Assembly (NCBI RefSeq): GCF_000143415.4
Contig: NW_003314316.1
Location: 598,182 to 662,181, forward strand
DNA: 64,000 nucleotides
Direction of reading: 5' to 3'
Source: Selaginella moellendorffii
Lineage: Eukaryota; Plantae; Lycopodiophyta
Shown here: piece by piece, positions 34,610 to 47,457 of the stretch
Position numbering within the stretch: the stretch's first letter is position 1
Layout: the number at the start of each line of letters is the position of its first letter
Notes under the pieces: model-generated
The model's database searches: none
Seen by the model: the letters and a program-made list of their open reading frames with translations, nothing else
What the model was told of the DNA's origin: nothing
Position numbers and translations under genes: made by a program

Positions 34610-37600
34610 CTCCCAGCAATCCGCCTCTATCCTTTGCTAGAACTGAGGAAAAGACTCCGATACCAAATTGTAAGCCACAAATTTTTCCATTCCAATTTGC
34701 CAGCTTACCTCGTCTACCCGTCTAACATTGCCTTGGCGTTTGCTAAGTTCCCTCGCCAAGGTTCCCGCCTATGGTACCATCTCCTACTTGGTCCTACTTG
34801 GTTTCAGCTACTCACTGCACGAGCAACGGAGCATTAGCCATCCATCCACGGATTCCCAAATCTCTCCCAATCCCCCTCCTCAGGTTAGACTGGACTTAAG
34901 GTTCGGCTACACTCCCCGCAGGCATAAACAGCCAAACACACCAAGTCTCCAGGTTCCTAACACCTCTTGGTACCACAAAACTTGATCATGGGACCCTCTA
35001 AATCCCAAGTCTTGGGTGCAACACTTGCTTCAGGACGTCGGGGCAAAACACCATGGCCTAACGGCCCGGTATGGGTACCTCTACCCCCCCACTTCCATCC
35101 CGAAGGAAGGCCCAAGCCCCTAGGAAGGGCAAGGACCAATGAGCCACGTGGTACTCAAGTGGGGCACCACTCCACCTGAGCCGGGAGCATCGCAGTTGGT
35201 TTCCCTTTCGGGAGTGGGAGCTACTCTTGAGCACTTCCTTGGATGGCCCCTCCAGCACCAACCAAGTCCATACTCACTCCCACCCAAGGCCCCTCGGTCC
35301 CAGTCTCAACCTCAAGTTAGTTTGGAAGCCCCACTGGAGAGTCCTTTACTTTTGGAACCCCCTACAGCCCCCCCCCCCCCCCCCCCCCTGGGAGACGCAC
35401 GCTTTGGGCTTTCACCCCTTGACCCGTATTAGTATTTGGACTTAGTCTCTGGCTCGATCTCAGACTTGATTTCGGATCCGACTTCGGATTCGGTCTCGGA
35501 CTCGATCTCGGACCCAATCTCGGACCCAACCTCGGACTCGACTTTGGACTCGGTTTCGGACTTGATTTCGGATCTCGGACTCCATCTCAAACTCAGTTTC
35601 GAACTCGGTCCCCGAGTCGGCCTCGGACTCGATTCCAGACTCTATCTCGAACTCGGTCTCAAAGTCGGTCTTAGACTCGATCTTCGACTTGGTCTCATCT
35701 GATGAACTTTTTGTCATTTTGGTCATGCCTTCGAGATTCCTTTAGCCTACGACACCTAGGCGAGTTGGTTCCTTACACTTGGGTCCATCTCGGATCCATC
35801 TCAGACTCCATCTCGGGTCCATCTCGGGTCCATCTCGGACTCCATCTCGGACTCCATCTCGGGTCCATCTCAGACACTTCCACGTGTCATGTGTCGGTCC
35901 TCTTGTGTCCCTTTTCTAGAGACTCACTTATCTTTCACTTCGTGCTTGTTCCTCGAGCACTTCGTTGGGAGTTCCACTCCCTCTCTCGACCTTTTCAAGT
36001 CGGAGCTTTTAGTCCAAACGTGTTACGCTCGTTTGGCTTTTGCTTCGGCCACTACCACGTGGCACCCTTTCGGCTCCACTTTGGGGCCTAGGGATTTTGT
36101 GTCTCACACTAGTGAGTTGGGACTCAAACCCAAGCACTAGAGGGTCGAGACTCGAACCTAACCTCCGTATATGCATCTATGGAAGGCATCATCCAAAATG
36201 CTTGGCGTGACTCCTCACATCGATGCACTCGTCGATGATCGAGTTAAAGCGCTCTACAAATTACAGCTTAGGAACTTAGTTCCTTTGCACTACCAAGCCC
36301 TCTCACTTGACAAGTCTGTGATCATGCATGGAATCCTCCATGCTTGGCCCCATGGGCCACCCCTTTTTAAATTGGCACCTTCAACTAGGGGATTTGTTCC
36401 TCTAACTTGCCAATCTCACTTAGCAAATCATCCGACCAATGTAACATGGTTTCATGCACAAGCATGAAAGTCCTCGACCATCGACTTTCATTCAAAGCTA
36501 TCCCTTTGAGCACTCGGGAACTGCTTCCCCAACCTTGATAGCATTGCGTTATGGCAAGCTTCAAGGCCACACTTTTGCTGCGCCACTCTGATTTTATACA
36601 TTCTATGAACCATTTACACTTGGCTTTCTAGGTACTAAACTACCTAGAATTGTCTTTGGGAACCTTTGAAGGAACTCTGTCCCTTAACTTGCTAAGGCCT
36701 CTCCTTTTGCAAGTTTTTTAATTGTCATATGTCTAACATGGATAATTCCATGCTTCAGACTCTCCATGGCATCATGGTTGTTAGTAACAACATGCTTGAG
36801 TACCCACTTGATTCTCCACTCTCAACTAACATAACCACCCTTAGTTATGCAATTCGATTCTTATGGTTTGATTTTATCCCCCTACTACTTGCTTTTGGCC
36901 TCATACCTTTCCTTCGATTATTCTCCTCTAGACTAGGAGGATAGCTTTGCACTTTCTACTATGCCGTAACAAATATTCTTAGAGAAGAACCTACCCAACA
37001 GCCTAGGGAGTAGTTCCTCAATCCAGGTATGCTCAACTTATAATCCCACACACCGGGATTAACATTGCTACTTATGGGCTTTTATATGCCCATCACTAGC
37101 CTTGCCAAAATTTCATTTTGGCTTTCTCCAATTCGGGTAGACAGTCTTCCCCTGTCTCCGCAATCTTGGACATTTGGATAACACCTTTTATCCATCATTC
37201 GCTAGGGACTTAGTCCCTAAGGCCTTATCTATCGCCCTCGCGACACTAAACACCACCTCTTAGTGTTCTAGAGTGTTTGGGTGTCTCAATGGTGGTCTCC
37301 TTGACAATGAGCATTTCTTTTTTCGACATTGACTCACTATATCGCAACATGAGCAATTTATCCCCTGTATAGGTATATCTAATGCTATTAAGAAGTCTTG
37401 GGTAGCTACTTTTTACCCGTTTAACCAATTATCTTGCACCTCTTGCTTAGTTGCCCTATAATTGTCAAGTCCTACAACTCATTGTTTGGTGGTTCCACAC
37501 CTCCATCATTATCTGGGTCACCACACTCCAACTGCATGCCTTCCAACTTAGGCCATGCCATTCCCATTTCCATTAAAATTCCTTTGGGAAGGGGTTTTCA

Positions 37601-40600
37601 TAAACCCACCAACTTGACTTTAAGGCAACACACCTTGGCACATTCAGTATCTCTATACCCTTGGCTCTATAAGCTTACCTTTACAACACTCCCCACTTGT
37701 GTTAGGGTCTTTGCCAAGACCAAAGCAGTTGTCTCTCATGCCAACTATCAATTAGCACTACACCATAATGTTCACACACAACTCTATGCCAAAGTTGTTT
37801 TCTTTTGGGGAACACCTTTCCCATGACTTTAGTATGGCACATTCTGCCATCGATAAGATACCCTCTGTTCTTATACTTGGATCTTATGATCCCCCTCATC
37901 CTTCGTGGGGTACAACACACCTCAGTCCAAATACTTCCATCAATCCCTTAGGATTATTCCTTGACTCTATTTGAATTATCCAACTTTTTGGACTTTATCA
38001 TCCGACGACTCGTGAGGTCCTACCTTTGAGGTGCCAGCTCACTAGAATATAACTTCTTGTATTCAGGTCCTACTCACAAGGACCATCTTTGCAAGTGTTA
38101 CTCCGACACTTGATTTGTTCTCTTGGGGCAACCTTTTGCTCCTTAGGACCACTTGTCCATGTGATGAGAATACCAACTCATCCTCTGAGTACACATCTAA
38201 CTCCTTTGGTTGTTCCAACATTTATTAAAGGTAGCCTTGGCTACCATTTCAAAGACTTGTGTCCTCTTTTATATTTGACCTCCCACAGTCATCAATTCTG
38301 GTCTCAAATTTATGAGCACCAACCTCAACTATATGAGGGTAATCTTGTGACTCCTTTATTGTTTTGGAGTCTGCATCTTTCCCATGATCCCAACTATAGT
38401 TGTTTACCACAACTACATTAGCCCGTTTGCTGCGTCAAACGCTTATCTGGATCACATCCTCAGCTCTCTAAGGAAACATTATACTATTCCCAAGATCCCA
38501 AAGGTGTTCCATTATTGGCCCTTTTCTATCCACCACCTCTCCTACAAGTTCACACATGAACTATAGTGGAGAGTCATGTCTTCCCAACCTGCTACTCTGC
38601 AAGGATAGGCCCACTCCTAGGACCTTTTGATGCCAACACCAGTGGTGATATACTTGAGCACCAATAAAAGTCAAACTAAGGAACAACTCCAATACCAAGT
38701 TATACGCGACTAAATTTTCCATTCTACTTTAGTCACTTAACCACACCTCCGACCACTTGGAGGAGTCTCATTCACAACCTCCATAAGTCCTATTTTGGAC
38801 TTAGGGACTTACTAGCCCCAAGAATGACATCCATGCCACTCAACCATTGCACTTGGACGAAGTGCTTCACGTGTCCAATTCTATAACCGACACCCCAAGG
38901 TACCACTGACATATTAACCCATTACGCTAAGGCCTGCCCATTCACTTTAGTCACACTGGTGGTCCGACACCACCTATATCACAGTCCCATCTCTCAAAGA
39001 CCGGGCCATCCATCCATGAGCCAGATCCACTCCTTAGTATCCTTAGGATGCCCATAGACATGGGGAATAGCTTTCCCCAATATCCCTTTTCCAGTCCCCA
39101 CCAAGTCCCTTACTGCCCATGGCCGTATTCGCCAACACTGCCACTGGATTGAGGCCCACAAGCCCAACCACTAAGTCCCACGGTCCTCTGGGACTTCCTC
39201 ACCACACGACTGTATCTTTTGTCTTTACTCCAAAGGACTACTCCTCTTCCTTTCCACAGTCTGGGCCTTTGGGACAACATTTCGGAACACCATGGCCCTA
39301 CGCAAGCCTCATGGGTACTCTCCCCGCCTTCCATCTTTGGGTGCTTTAGCCATGGGATTAGAGCAAGGTTCCATTGAGCCATGCCAAGTATCCAAGCAAG
39401 ACACTTGGACTGGGAGCATTGACCATTTGATCTCCCAGGGGAACTAAAGCCAACTCTTGAATACTTTACTAAACTACCCTACTTGTCGGTCTGTATTCAC
39501 TCTAATCTTGGACTTCCCAGTGGTCAACTCATCACCCAACACTGGGCCTGGCCTTCCTGGGCCAAACTGGCCTTTCCTGGGCCAAACTGGCCTTTCCTGG
39601 CCAAACTGGCTCCACTGGGCTCCAACCCCCACACTCTCCCTACTATACTTTTGGAACCCCCTACAGCCCTGCTCCCCCTGGGGGACGATCGCTTTGGGCT
39701 TTCACCCAACTGCCTGTATTAGTATTCAGATTCGGACTCGAACTCGGACTCGGACTCGGTCTCGGTCCCGGTTTCGGACTCGGACTCGGTCTTGGTCTCG
39801 GTCTCAGTTCCATCTTAGACTCCATCTTGGACTCCATCTTAGGTCCATCTCGGACTCTATCTCGTGTCCATTTCAAACTCCATCTTGGACTCTATCTCAG
39901 GTCCATCTCAGACTCCATCTCAGGTCCACCTCGGACTCCATCTCAAGTCCACCTCGAACTCCATCTCGGGTCCATCTCGGATCCATCTCGGACTCCATCT
40001 CGGGTCCATCTTGGGTCCATCTCAGACTCTTTCTCAGGTCCATCTCAGACTCCATCTCGAAATCCTTCTCAAGTCCATCTCAGACTCCCTTTTTGGAGTC
40101 TCGTTTATTGCTCGCTTCATGCTTGTTCCTTGAGCACTTTGTTGCAAATTCTTCTCCCGCTCTCAACCTTTCAAGTTGGAGCTTTTGGTCCAAACGTGTT
40201 ACACTCATTTGGCTTTCGCTTCGGCCAGTACCATGTGGCACCCTTCCGGCTCTACTTGGGGCCTAGGGATTTTGTGTCTCACACTCACCTCTCGGAGGCA
40301 CATACTTTGGGCTTTCACCCCATAACCTGCATTAGTATTTGGACTTGGTCTCGAACTTGATCTCGGACTTGATCTCAGACTTGACCTCAGACTCGGTCTC
40401 GGACTCGATCTTAGACCCAATCTCGGACTCTCTCTCTCGGACTCGGTCTCGGACCCGATCTCGGATCTCAGACTCCATCTTGATCTCGGTCTTGGACTTA
40501 GTCTCGAACTCAGTCTCGGAGTTAGTCTCAGACTTGGTCTTGAACTTGACCTCAGACTTGGTATCGAACTTGATCTTGGACTCAGTCTCATCTGATGAAC

Positions 40601-41799
40601 TTTTTATCATTTTGGTTGTGTTTTCGGGGATGCTTTAGCCTTTGACACCTCGGGGAGTTGATTCCTTACATCACAGTCCATAGACCAAATGAAAGATGAC
40701 ATTAATGACTTTAGTAATGCTCACAACGATGTAATATGATTAGAAAGATGATTAACAAAACAACTGAGATATTACACCTGTTCAGGGTAGGGAACTTTAG
40801 AATGGCTATAAGTTTGTCAAGATCAATTTGAAAACCCTCACGAGAAATATGGTATCCAAGATAAATTGTGTCCTTAGACCTAAACACGCACTTTGACCGC
40901 TTCAACTTTAAACCAACTTTTTGTAACTTATCTAACACCTTACAAACATTACAGATGTATTCCTCTCATGCCCCTTCGAGTGGATTAAAACACTATTGAT
41001 GAAGTCAACAATGACCTCCAACATATCATAAAGAACCTTGTCCATCATCCACTAGAAAGTTGTTGGAACATTATTCAAATCAAACGACATCACCAAGAAC
41101 TCTTACAAACCAAATAGTGTACAAAAAGCAATTTTAAGAATATCTTCTTTAGCCATCTGTATTTGCCAATACCCTGAAGTAAGATTTAACTTGGTGAGCC
41201 GATGGTTTTTCCTTAGACGATCTAAGAGATAAACAATGTGAGGAAGAGGGTACACATCCGAGATTGTCACTTCGTTTAATAAATGATAATTAATGCAAAA
41301 AAAAATACTCCCATCATGCTTCATCACAAGATGGGGTTCATATGCCTAAGGACTCTATGACTTTCAAATAATACTTTTTCTAACATCTCTTTGATGTTTG
41401 AATATAAAATTTTAATTTTTTTGGGTGACTGAAAATGAATAGGAACTTTGATTGGATGAACATCCCCAATTAGAATAAGATGAAATATTGCAATCTTGGC
41501 CCCAGGTAACAAATCATATTCAAAGAGATTGGCATACTCCTTCATAAGTTGGTCAACTACTGCAACATAAAGATTGTCAGAAGGATAGGAAAAGGACAAG
41601 ACGGAAACATAAAAGGAAGTAATAGGGAGCCAAAAGTGAAAAGAAGAAATATAAAGATAAGAGGGAGAAACCTCAAAGTCACACTTGGCATAATTGTACC
41701 GCAACCAATCTATACCAAGGATGGGGTCAAAAGTTTGACTCGGCACTACCTGCAATGATTGCAACTCAAGCTCAAGATCGCCCATATACATAATTAGGT

Positions 41800-42922
41800 T
41801 GTAAGTGACTAAATTTTCCATTCTACTTCAGTCACTTAACCACACCTCCGACCACTTGGAAGAGTCTCATTCACAACCTCCATAAGTCCAATTTAGGACT
41901 TGGGACTTGCTAGCCCCGAGAATGGCATCCATGCCACTCAACATTTGCACTTGGTCCAAGTGCTCCACGTGTCCAATCCCATGACCGACACTCAAAGGTA
42001 CCACCAACATGGCAGCTTGTTACGCTAAGGCCATGCCCAATCACCTTTGCCACACTGGTAGTCCATACCACTTGCATCACAGTCTTGGCTCTTCAAGACT
42101 AGGCAAACCATCCGTGAGTGGTCATCTCAGATCCACTCCTTAGCATCCTTAGGATGCCCACCGACAAGGGGAATAGCCTTCCCCAATATCCCTCTGTCAG
42201 TCCCCACTAAGTCCCTTTCTGCCCCTGGCCGTGTTTGCCAACGCTGCCACTGGATCGAGGCCCACAGGCCCAACCACTAAGTCCCACGGTCCTCTGGGAC
42301 TTCCTCACCACACGACTGTGTCCTTGGTCACTACCCTAGAGGACTGCTCCTCTTCCTTTCCACAGTCTGGGCTTTTGGGACAACATTTCGGAACACTGTG
42401 GCCTTATGCGAGCCACCTAAGTAATCTCCCCGCCTTCCGCCCTTGGGTGCTCTAGCTATGGGCTTAGAGTGAGGTTCCGTTGAGCCACACTTGGTATCCA
42501 AGTAGGTAGTGCCACCCACACTTAGACTGGGAGCATTGGCCAGTCGATCTCCCGGGGGAACTAGAGCCGGCTCTTGAACACTTCACCAAGCTACCCCGCT
42601 TGTCGGTCCGTGTTCACTCTAGTCTTGGACTTCCCAATGGTCAGCTCATCACCCAACACTGGGTCTGGCCTTCCTGGGCCAAATTAGCCTTTCCTGGCCA
42701 AACTGGCTCCAACTGGGCTCCAACCCCCACACTCTCCCTACTATACTTTTGGAACCTCCCGCAGCCCCCCCCCCCCCCCCCCCCCCCGGGGGACGATCAC
42801 TTTGGGCTTTCACCCAACTGCCTGTATTAGTATTCGGACTCGGACTTGGACTCGGACTCGGACTCGGTCTCGGTCCCGGATTTGGACTCGAACTCGGTCT
42901 CGGTCCCGGATTTGGACTCGGA

Positions 42923-42959
<37 letters not shown>

Positions 42960-43656
42960 CCGGTCCCGGTCTCGGTTCCATCTCGGGTCCATCTCGGACT
43001 CCATCTCGGGTCCATCTCGGACTCCATCTCGGACTCCATATCGGACTCCACTTCGGGTCCATCTCGGACTCCATCTCGGACTCCATATCGGACTCCACTT
43101 CGGGTCCATCTCGGACTCCATCTCGGACTCCACTTCGGACTCCACTTCGGGTCCATCTCGGACTCCATCTCGGACTCCATATCGGACTCCATCTCGGACT
43201 CCACTTCGGACTCCATCTCGGATTCCATATCGGACTCCATCTCGAACTCCACTTTGGACTCCATATCGGACTCCATATCGGACTCCACTTCGGGTCCATC
43301 TCGAACTCCACTTTGGACTCCATATCGGACTCCACTTCGGACTCCACTTCGGGTCCATCTCGGACTCCACTTTGGGTCCATCTCGGACTCCAACTTGGGT
43401 CCGCCTCGGACTCCATCTCGGACACTTCCACGTGTCATGTGTTGGTCCTTTTTGGGTCCCTTTTTGGAGCCTTGCTTATTGGTTGCCTTGTGCTTGCTCC
43501 TCGAGCACTTTGTTGGGAGTTCCACTCCTGCTCTCGACCTTCCAAGTCGGAGCTTTTAGTCCAAACGTGTTATGCTCGTTTGGCTTTCGCTTCGGCCACT
43601 ACCACGTGGCACCCTTTCCGGCTCCACTTTGGGGCATAGGGATTTTGTGTCTCACA
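41800..43656 (-). mobile_element. Family-A solo LTR with an expanded minisatellite
   Basis: TGTAAG..CTCACA; perfect TSD TAGGT (41795-41799, 43657-43661). Confidence 0.92.
42833..43425. repeat. LTR-internal tandem arrays of 6-mer (CTCGGA/T) and 12-mer (GGACTCCATCTC) units
   Basis: Directly visible; homologous arrays at 4315-4660, 7035-7258, 8050-8330, 35440-35870, 39730-40085, 40340-40590, 52355-52830. Confidence 0.9.
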
Positions 43657-44466
43657 TAGGTTTACCTCATCCCATGTACATGTATGTGTATTGCTATTGC
43701 CACAAAGAATGAAAACTGGCTTTGTTGCACAACGTAAATGTAGATGGTAATATATGGCAATAAACTGAGTAATAGAAAATGAACTCAAGTCTGTATCAAC
43801 CAACACAAAAAGAATAATAGAAGATCTATTTTTTATAAAAGCAAACTTAAAAAGTAAACACTAAATGAACTGGTTCTGAGTGAACCCCTTGATAATACTT
43901 CTAAAAGGAAGATGGAGAGATCACTAACTTTTATTCGTACAAGGTCCCTTCATTACTCGCGTGACTCCTTATTTCCTAGAAGCATCTCGGTATCTAAACC
44001 TTCCACTATAACAACATCAACAAAATGTTGTTGATGCCAAGGTCTCTACCCAGGAAATGGAGGTTGCCACTTTGGAAACACCGGCAACACCAATAAATAT
44101 GAATAACTTCATCATATGTCTAGTAGTAGACATCACGGCCATGGCCACAACCACGTCTTTACCCTTGTCCTTGAATTTAGGCAGCAGTAGCATCAACCTC
44201 TATTGGAACACAATCAGCTCCTATAGAAAGTGGGGTTGAAGGATGTGTAGTGAAAAGTGGAACATGCAACGTTTCATAATGTTGTGCTAAACAAAAGGCA
44301 TTGTCAAGGGTGGTTAAAGCAAATGCATACACAAGTTTTACAAGATTTTAATGAAGTATTGGCCATAACATTCTCAACTTGATCCACTCCAACATATTTA
44401 GCTCTACATAAGGCTACAGAAATGAATGCCAAATTGCATCATTAATTTAGGTGGCCTTTGATGAAG

Positions 44467-44860
44467 TGTAAGCTCCCAAGTTTGAACTTCCCGGGAAGTC
44501 ACCCAGCCCAGTATTATTCAAACCCAAGGACACTTAACCCCAAGTATCTGTAAGCAACCAAAGGGAACGATTTGAAAAACGATCCATAAGGGTTCAAATA
44601 TAAAGGGAAAGAGCCCATGAACAAAAATGCATCCTTTTTTCCAATCGGTTAAAGGTTTTAGGATACTTGAGATTAAGTGTCCTTGGGTTTGAATAGTATT
44701 AAGCTGGGTGACCTCCTGGGAAGTCCAAACTCAAAAGTTTATAGTATCTCAAGACCTTTAACCGATTAGAAAAGGGGGTGCACTCTTGTTTATGGGCCCT
44801 TTCCCTCTATATTTGAGTCTCATGAATCATCTCTCAAGTCGTTCTCTTTGGTTTTTTATA
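44467..44860 (-). mobile_element. Cassandra-like solo LTR with an inverted solo LTR of the same family nested inside (44549-44743)
   Basis: TSDs TGAAG/CGAAG (outer) and GTATC/GTATC (inner); ~195-bp LTRs containing a 5S rRNA-like segment. Confidence 0.78.
44671..44726 (+). other. 5S rRNA-derived internal promoter segment (A-box/IE/C-box region) within the TRIM LTR; not a 5S gene
   Basis: TTAAGTGTCCTTGGGTTTGAATAGTATTAAGCTGGGTGACCTCCTGGGAAGTCC versus remembered plant 5S TTAAGCGTGCTTGGGCGAGAGTAGTACTAGGATGGGTGACCTCCTGGGAAGTCC; last 22 nt identical. Confidence 0.8.
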
Positions 44861-44976
44861 CGAAGATAATGCAATTGTTAGAAGATATCATCACAATTAT
44901 CAATATATCCAAATGCATGTTTGAAGATGTTTAGGAGAATGCTCCAATCTGCATGAGTGGTTGCACTTAATCCATT

Positions 44977-45497
44977 TGTAAACTCCTAAATTTGGATTTC
45001 TCAGGCAATACTGCTCAAACCCAAAGACACTTAACCCTAAATATCTCAAAACCCTGTTCATGAGCTCTTTTCCTTTATATTTGAACCTTATGGATTGTCT
45101 CTCAAATCGTTCTCTTTGGTTGTTTATAATCTACTAGACTTTCTTGCAAGTTCACGCCCTCGTGAATAGAAGCTAAGAGCTACAACTCTCTCGAGAGCCT
45201 CGCTCTTTTGATACCCTACCCCTCAGGTCGAATCAAATGTCAATCAACATGTAATGTGATTCCCTTAACCAACTAACAAAGCCGGACCTAAGACCTTTTT
45301 AATACCAAATGTAAACTCTTGAATTTGAACTACTTAGGAGGTCACTCAACCCAGTATTATTCAAACCCAAGAACACTTAGCCCTAAATATTCTAAAACTA
45401 TTAATCAATTGAAAAAAGGGGTGCACTCTTAGTTATGTTCTTTTTATATTTGAACCCCATTAATCATCTCTCAAATCGTTTTCTTTAGTTTCTTACA
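44977..45497 (-). mobile_element. Complete Cassandra-like TRIM (LTRs 44977-45128 and 45310-45497, ~180-bp interior)
   Basis: Two short related LTRs; degenerate Met PBS (revcomp TTTGGTATTA) at ~45300-45309; TSD is weak. Confidence 0.7.
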
Positions 45498-46182
45498 TCA
45501 TACATATGGGAAATTCATATAAACACCAAATATCATCCCAAAAATGATATATAACAATCAGTATAAAGTGATCAAACTAATTGTACATATTATCCTTAGA
45601 ATTCCCATGGAAGAACTCTGGCAGGACGTAAGGATTGGCAACAAGAGCAGGAAGAATTGTACCATGCACTATGAACGTTGCTATCAACTGAATTTGGTTG
45701 CTCAATTTCAATTGTATAACATCAAATAATTGCACTAATTGTAGCTCCAAAGTCAAAGGAAGAGAAGATTGCTATTCTGTCATGAAGATGAATGAAAAAA
45801 GAAAGAGCAAAAGAAAAGAAATAGAAAAAGTTAGAAAGAAAAAAAGATCTAGACAATGCAAAGTTAAATCCAGACTAAAATTCTAAATTTAAAAACTTCT
45901 TAGGGACAATTGAAGTTGCCCCTTACCTCCACTAATGTGAGTGCATGGAATATGAAAATGGAATATAAAAATATGCATATCAATTAACCCAAAAACTTTA
46001 ACTTATATACAGTATTAAAGCTAATATTAATATACAACTTGGTAACTGTACATTTGGAGGTCATGCATTTAAATTTCCATTATCTTTTGTTTTAGGGTTT
46101 TGGTTTAGAATATTTTGGCCATTAGGGCTGATAAAACTTGCAGAATATACAAAGTTTTGCGAGGGAGGGCATTCTTCGAGCC

Positions 46183-46679
46183 ATGGCGGCGGCGGCTGGA
46201 TTTTCGATTCCTGGACGAGGGGCTAGGTGGCACCAAGAACAAGAAGCGCAACCGATCAGGTGGCGATTGATGTGGAGGAGCAGCAGCAGGAGGAGAAGCG
46301 GCAGGCGATGGATGAGGGAGATTCCAGGCCCGTCTACGGTAAGCCCAGCTACGACGCGTGATCGCGGGGAAGGTGTCGGGGCGCAAGTGGAAGGAGGTGA
46401 AGACGTGCCGCACGTCGGCGCTGCGGGTGAGTGTTGAGGGCAGCAGCCTGGAGGAGCGCGCCAAGGCCAAGCGCATCGCGGCGGAGTTCCGGGAGCGCAA
46501 GCAGCAGCTCAGGGAGCAAATCCGGGCCAACAAGAAAGAGGCTGGAGGAGTACAAGAAGAGGAAGAAAGAAAACGTTAAGAAGTCGGGTTTGAAGCTCCA
46601 GAAGGTGACCAACCTCAAGAAACTCCAGAAAATGTCCAAGAGGGAAAAGAAGAAATTGGTGGCACAGCACGGCAATTAA
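46183..46679 (+). pseudogene. CCDC86/Cgr1-family coiled-coil protein, frameshifted
   Basis: DFRFLDEGLGG, GKVSGRKWK, KRKKENVKKSG..QKVTN..KLQKMSK spread across different frames; telobox upstream at ~46090. Confidence 0.65.
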
Positions 46680-47457
46680 AGGTGGCAGTGTGTCGCATAG
46701 ATCTGCGAGAGAGTAAGTGCTAGACTCGATTGTTGGATCGATCGATAGTTTTATTTTTTCTCTCCTGTTTTTTGTCGCTTTAATTCCTTGTTGTTGGCTG
46801 AGAAGGACCAGAGATTATCGCTGGGCTCTTCTCTCAGACCAATCTGCAAAGATTTTGCAAAGAAAGAAAAAACAATTCTAGAGCCTCGGATGTTGCAGTA
46901 GATGGAAGGCCCAGCTACTCATGCAAGTGAGCTACAGTGGTGTTGATTTCCTCAACGTTTGCGAACAGCTCTTCTCCACTCGGTACTTGACTTTCGGCCT
47001 GCTCGATTTGGCTCGGCTCGGCTGCTTTAAAGGTTTCTAATGGTTTCCTGGACTGTTTCGGATCGTATTGGATTGGACGGACTGACAAAATCCACTCCCT
47101 AGAGTGTTGGAACCCGAGAGCAAGTCGAGAACGTTGGACAAGCAAGAAACCTTACATCCGGTTAGAAGCAAGCAGGAAAGCAACGAAGCAACGAGAGACA
47201 AATTCGTCAACTTTTCATTAGATGTACACAATAATTAGCCAGGCAGCAGCAGCAGCAGCACAGGGAAGAAGGAAAAAACAAGAAGAGCTGGATGATGTCG
47301 AGAAAAATGGACGAACCCGCAAGAGACCTCGAAAACTTTGAACGTCCCGCCCCGCGTTCTGAGAAAAAGGAAGAAGATGCTGAAAGGAAACAAGAAGGAA
47401 CAGGAAGTGTGTGCTCGCTCGCTCGCTCGTTTGATCGGGCTAGCGAGTTAGCGTAGC

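Larger units (their letters stand above)
7259..35776 (-). mobile_element. Full-length family-B Ty3/gypsy chromovirus (3' LTR 7259-8414, 5' LTR 34669-35776), host of two further insertions
   Basis: TG..CA LTRs; PBS TGGTATCGGA beside 34668; PPT GGGTGGTGGAGT at 8415-8426; TSD CTCGG/CTTGG; gag-PR-RT-RH-INT-chromodomain order. Confidence 0.92.
6025..36108 (-). mobile_element. Family-A solo LTR (6025-7258 + 35782-36108) split by the family-B chromovirus
   Basis: TGTAAG...CTCACA termini; perfect TSD CTAGT at 6020-6024 and 36109-36113. Confidence 0.85.
3290..40283 (-). mobile_element. Non-autonomous family-A LTR element (LTRs 3290-4855 and 38701-40283; decayed non-coding interior 4856-6024 + 36114-38700)
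   Basis: Two similar ~1.57-kb LTRs ending GTGTCTCACA; Met-tRNA-type PBS (revcomp TGGTATTGGA) at ~38688-38697; PPT-like ACTCCC at 4856; no long ORF. Confidence 0.7.
1907..40670 (-). mobile_element. Family-B LTR (probably solo), split into 1907-~2433 and 40284-40670 by later insertions and a deletion
   Basis: Begins TGTAAGCC, ends TTCCTTACA like the LTRs at 7259/34669; TSD CCACA (1902-1906) / TCACA (40671-40675). Confidence 0.7.
40676..44300 (-). mobile_element. Remainder (RT, protease, gag remnants) of the old gypsy that begins at 1-1906
   Basis: DVYPLPHI..LTSGYWQI (41103-41327), KLKRSKC..YLGY (40711-40938), DPILGIDWL (41324-41821); right boundary approximate. Confidence 0.75.

Noticed and set aside
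42649-43659. Long ORFs (up to 296 aa) rich in GL/SD/RTPS repeats, also at 4.3, 7, 8, 35.5, 39.5 and 52.3 kb
   Set aside because: Translation artefacts of stop-free 6/12-mer LTR minisatellites, open in most frames.
44671-44726. Functional 5S rRNA gene
   Set aside because: Only ~55 nt of the internal region, embedded in a TG-initiated LTR with TSDs.
46915-47231. Short - strand ORFs downstream of PAL
   Set aside because: No recognisable motif or gene structure.
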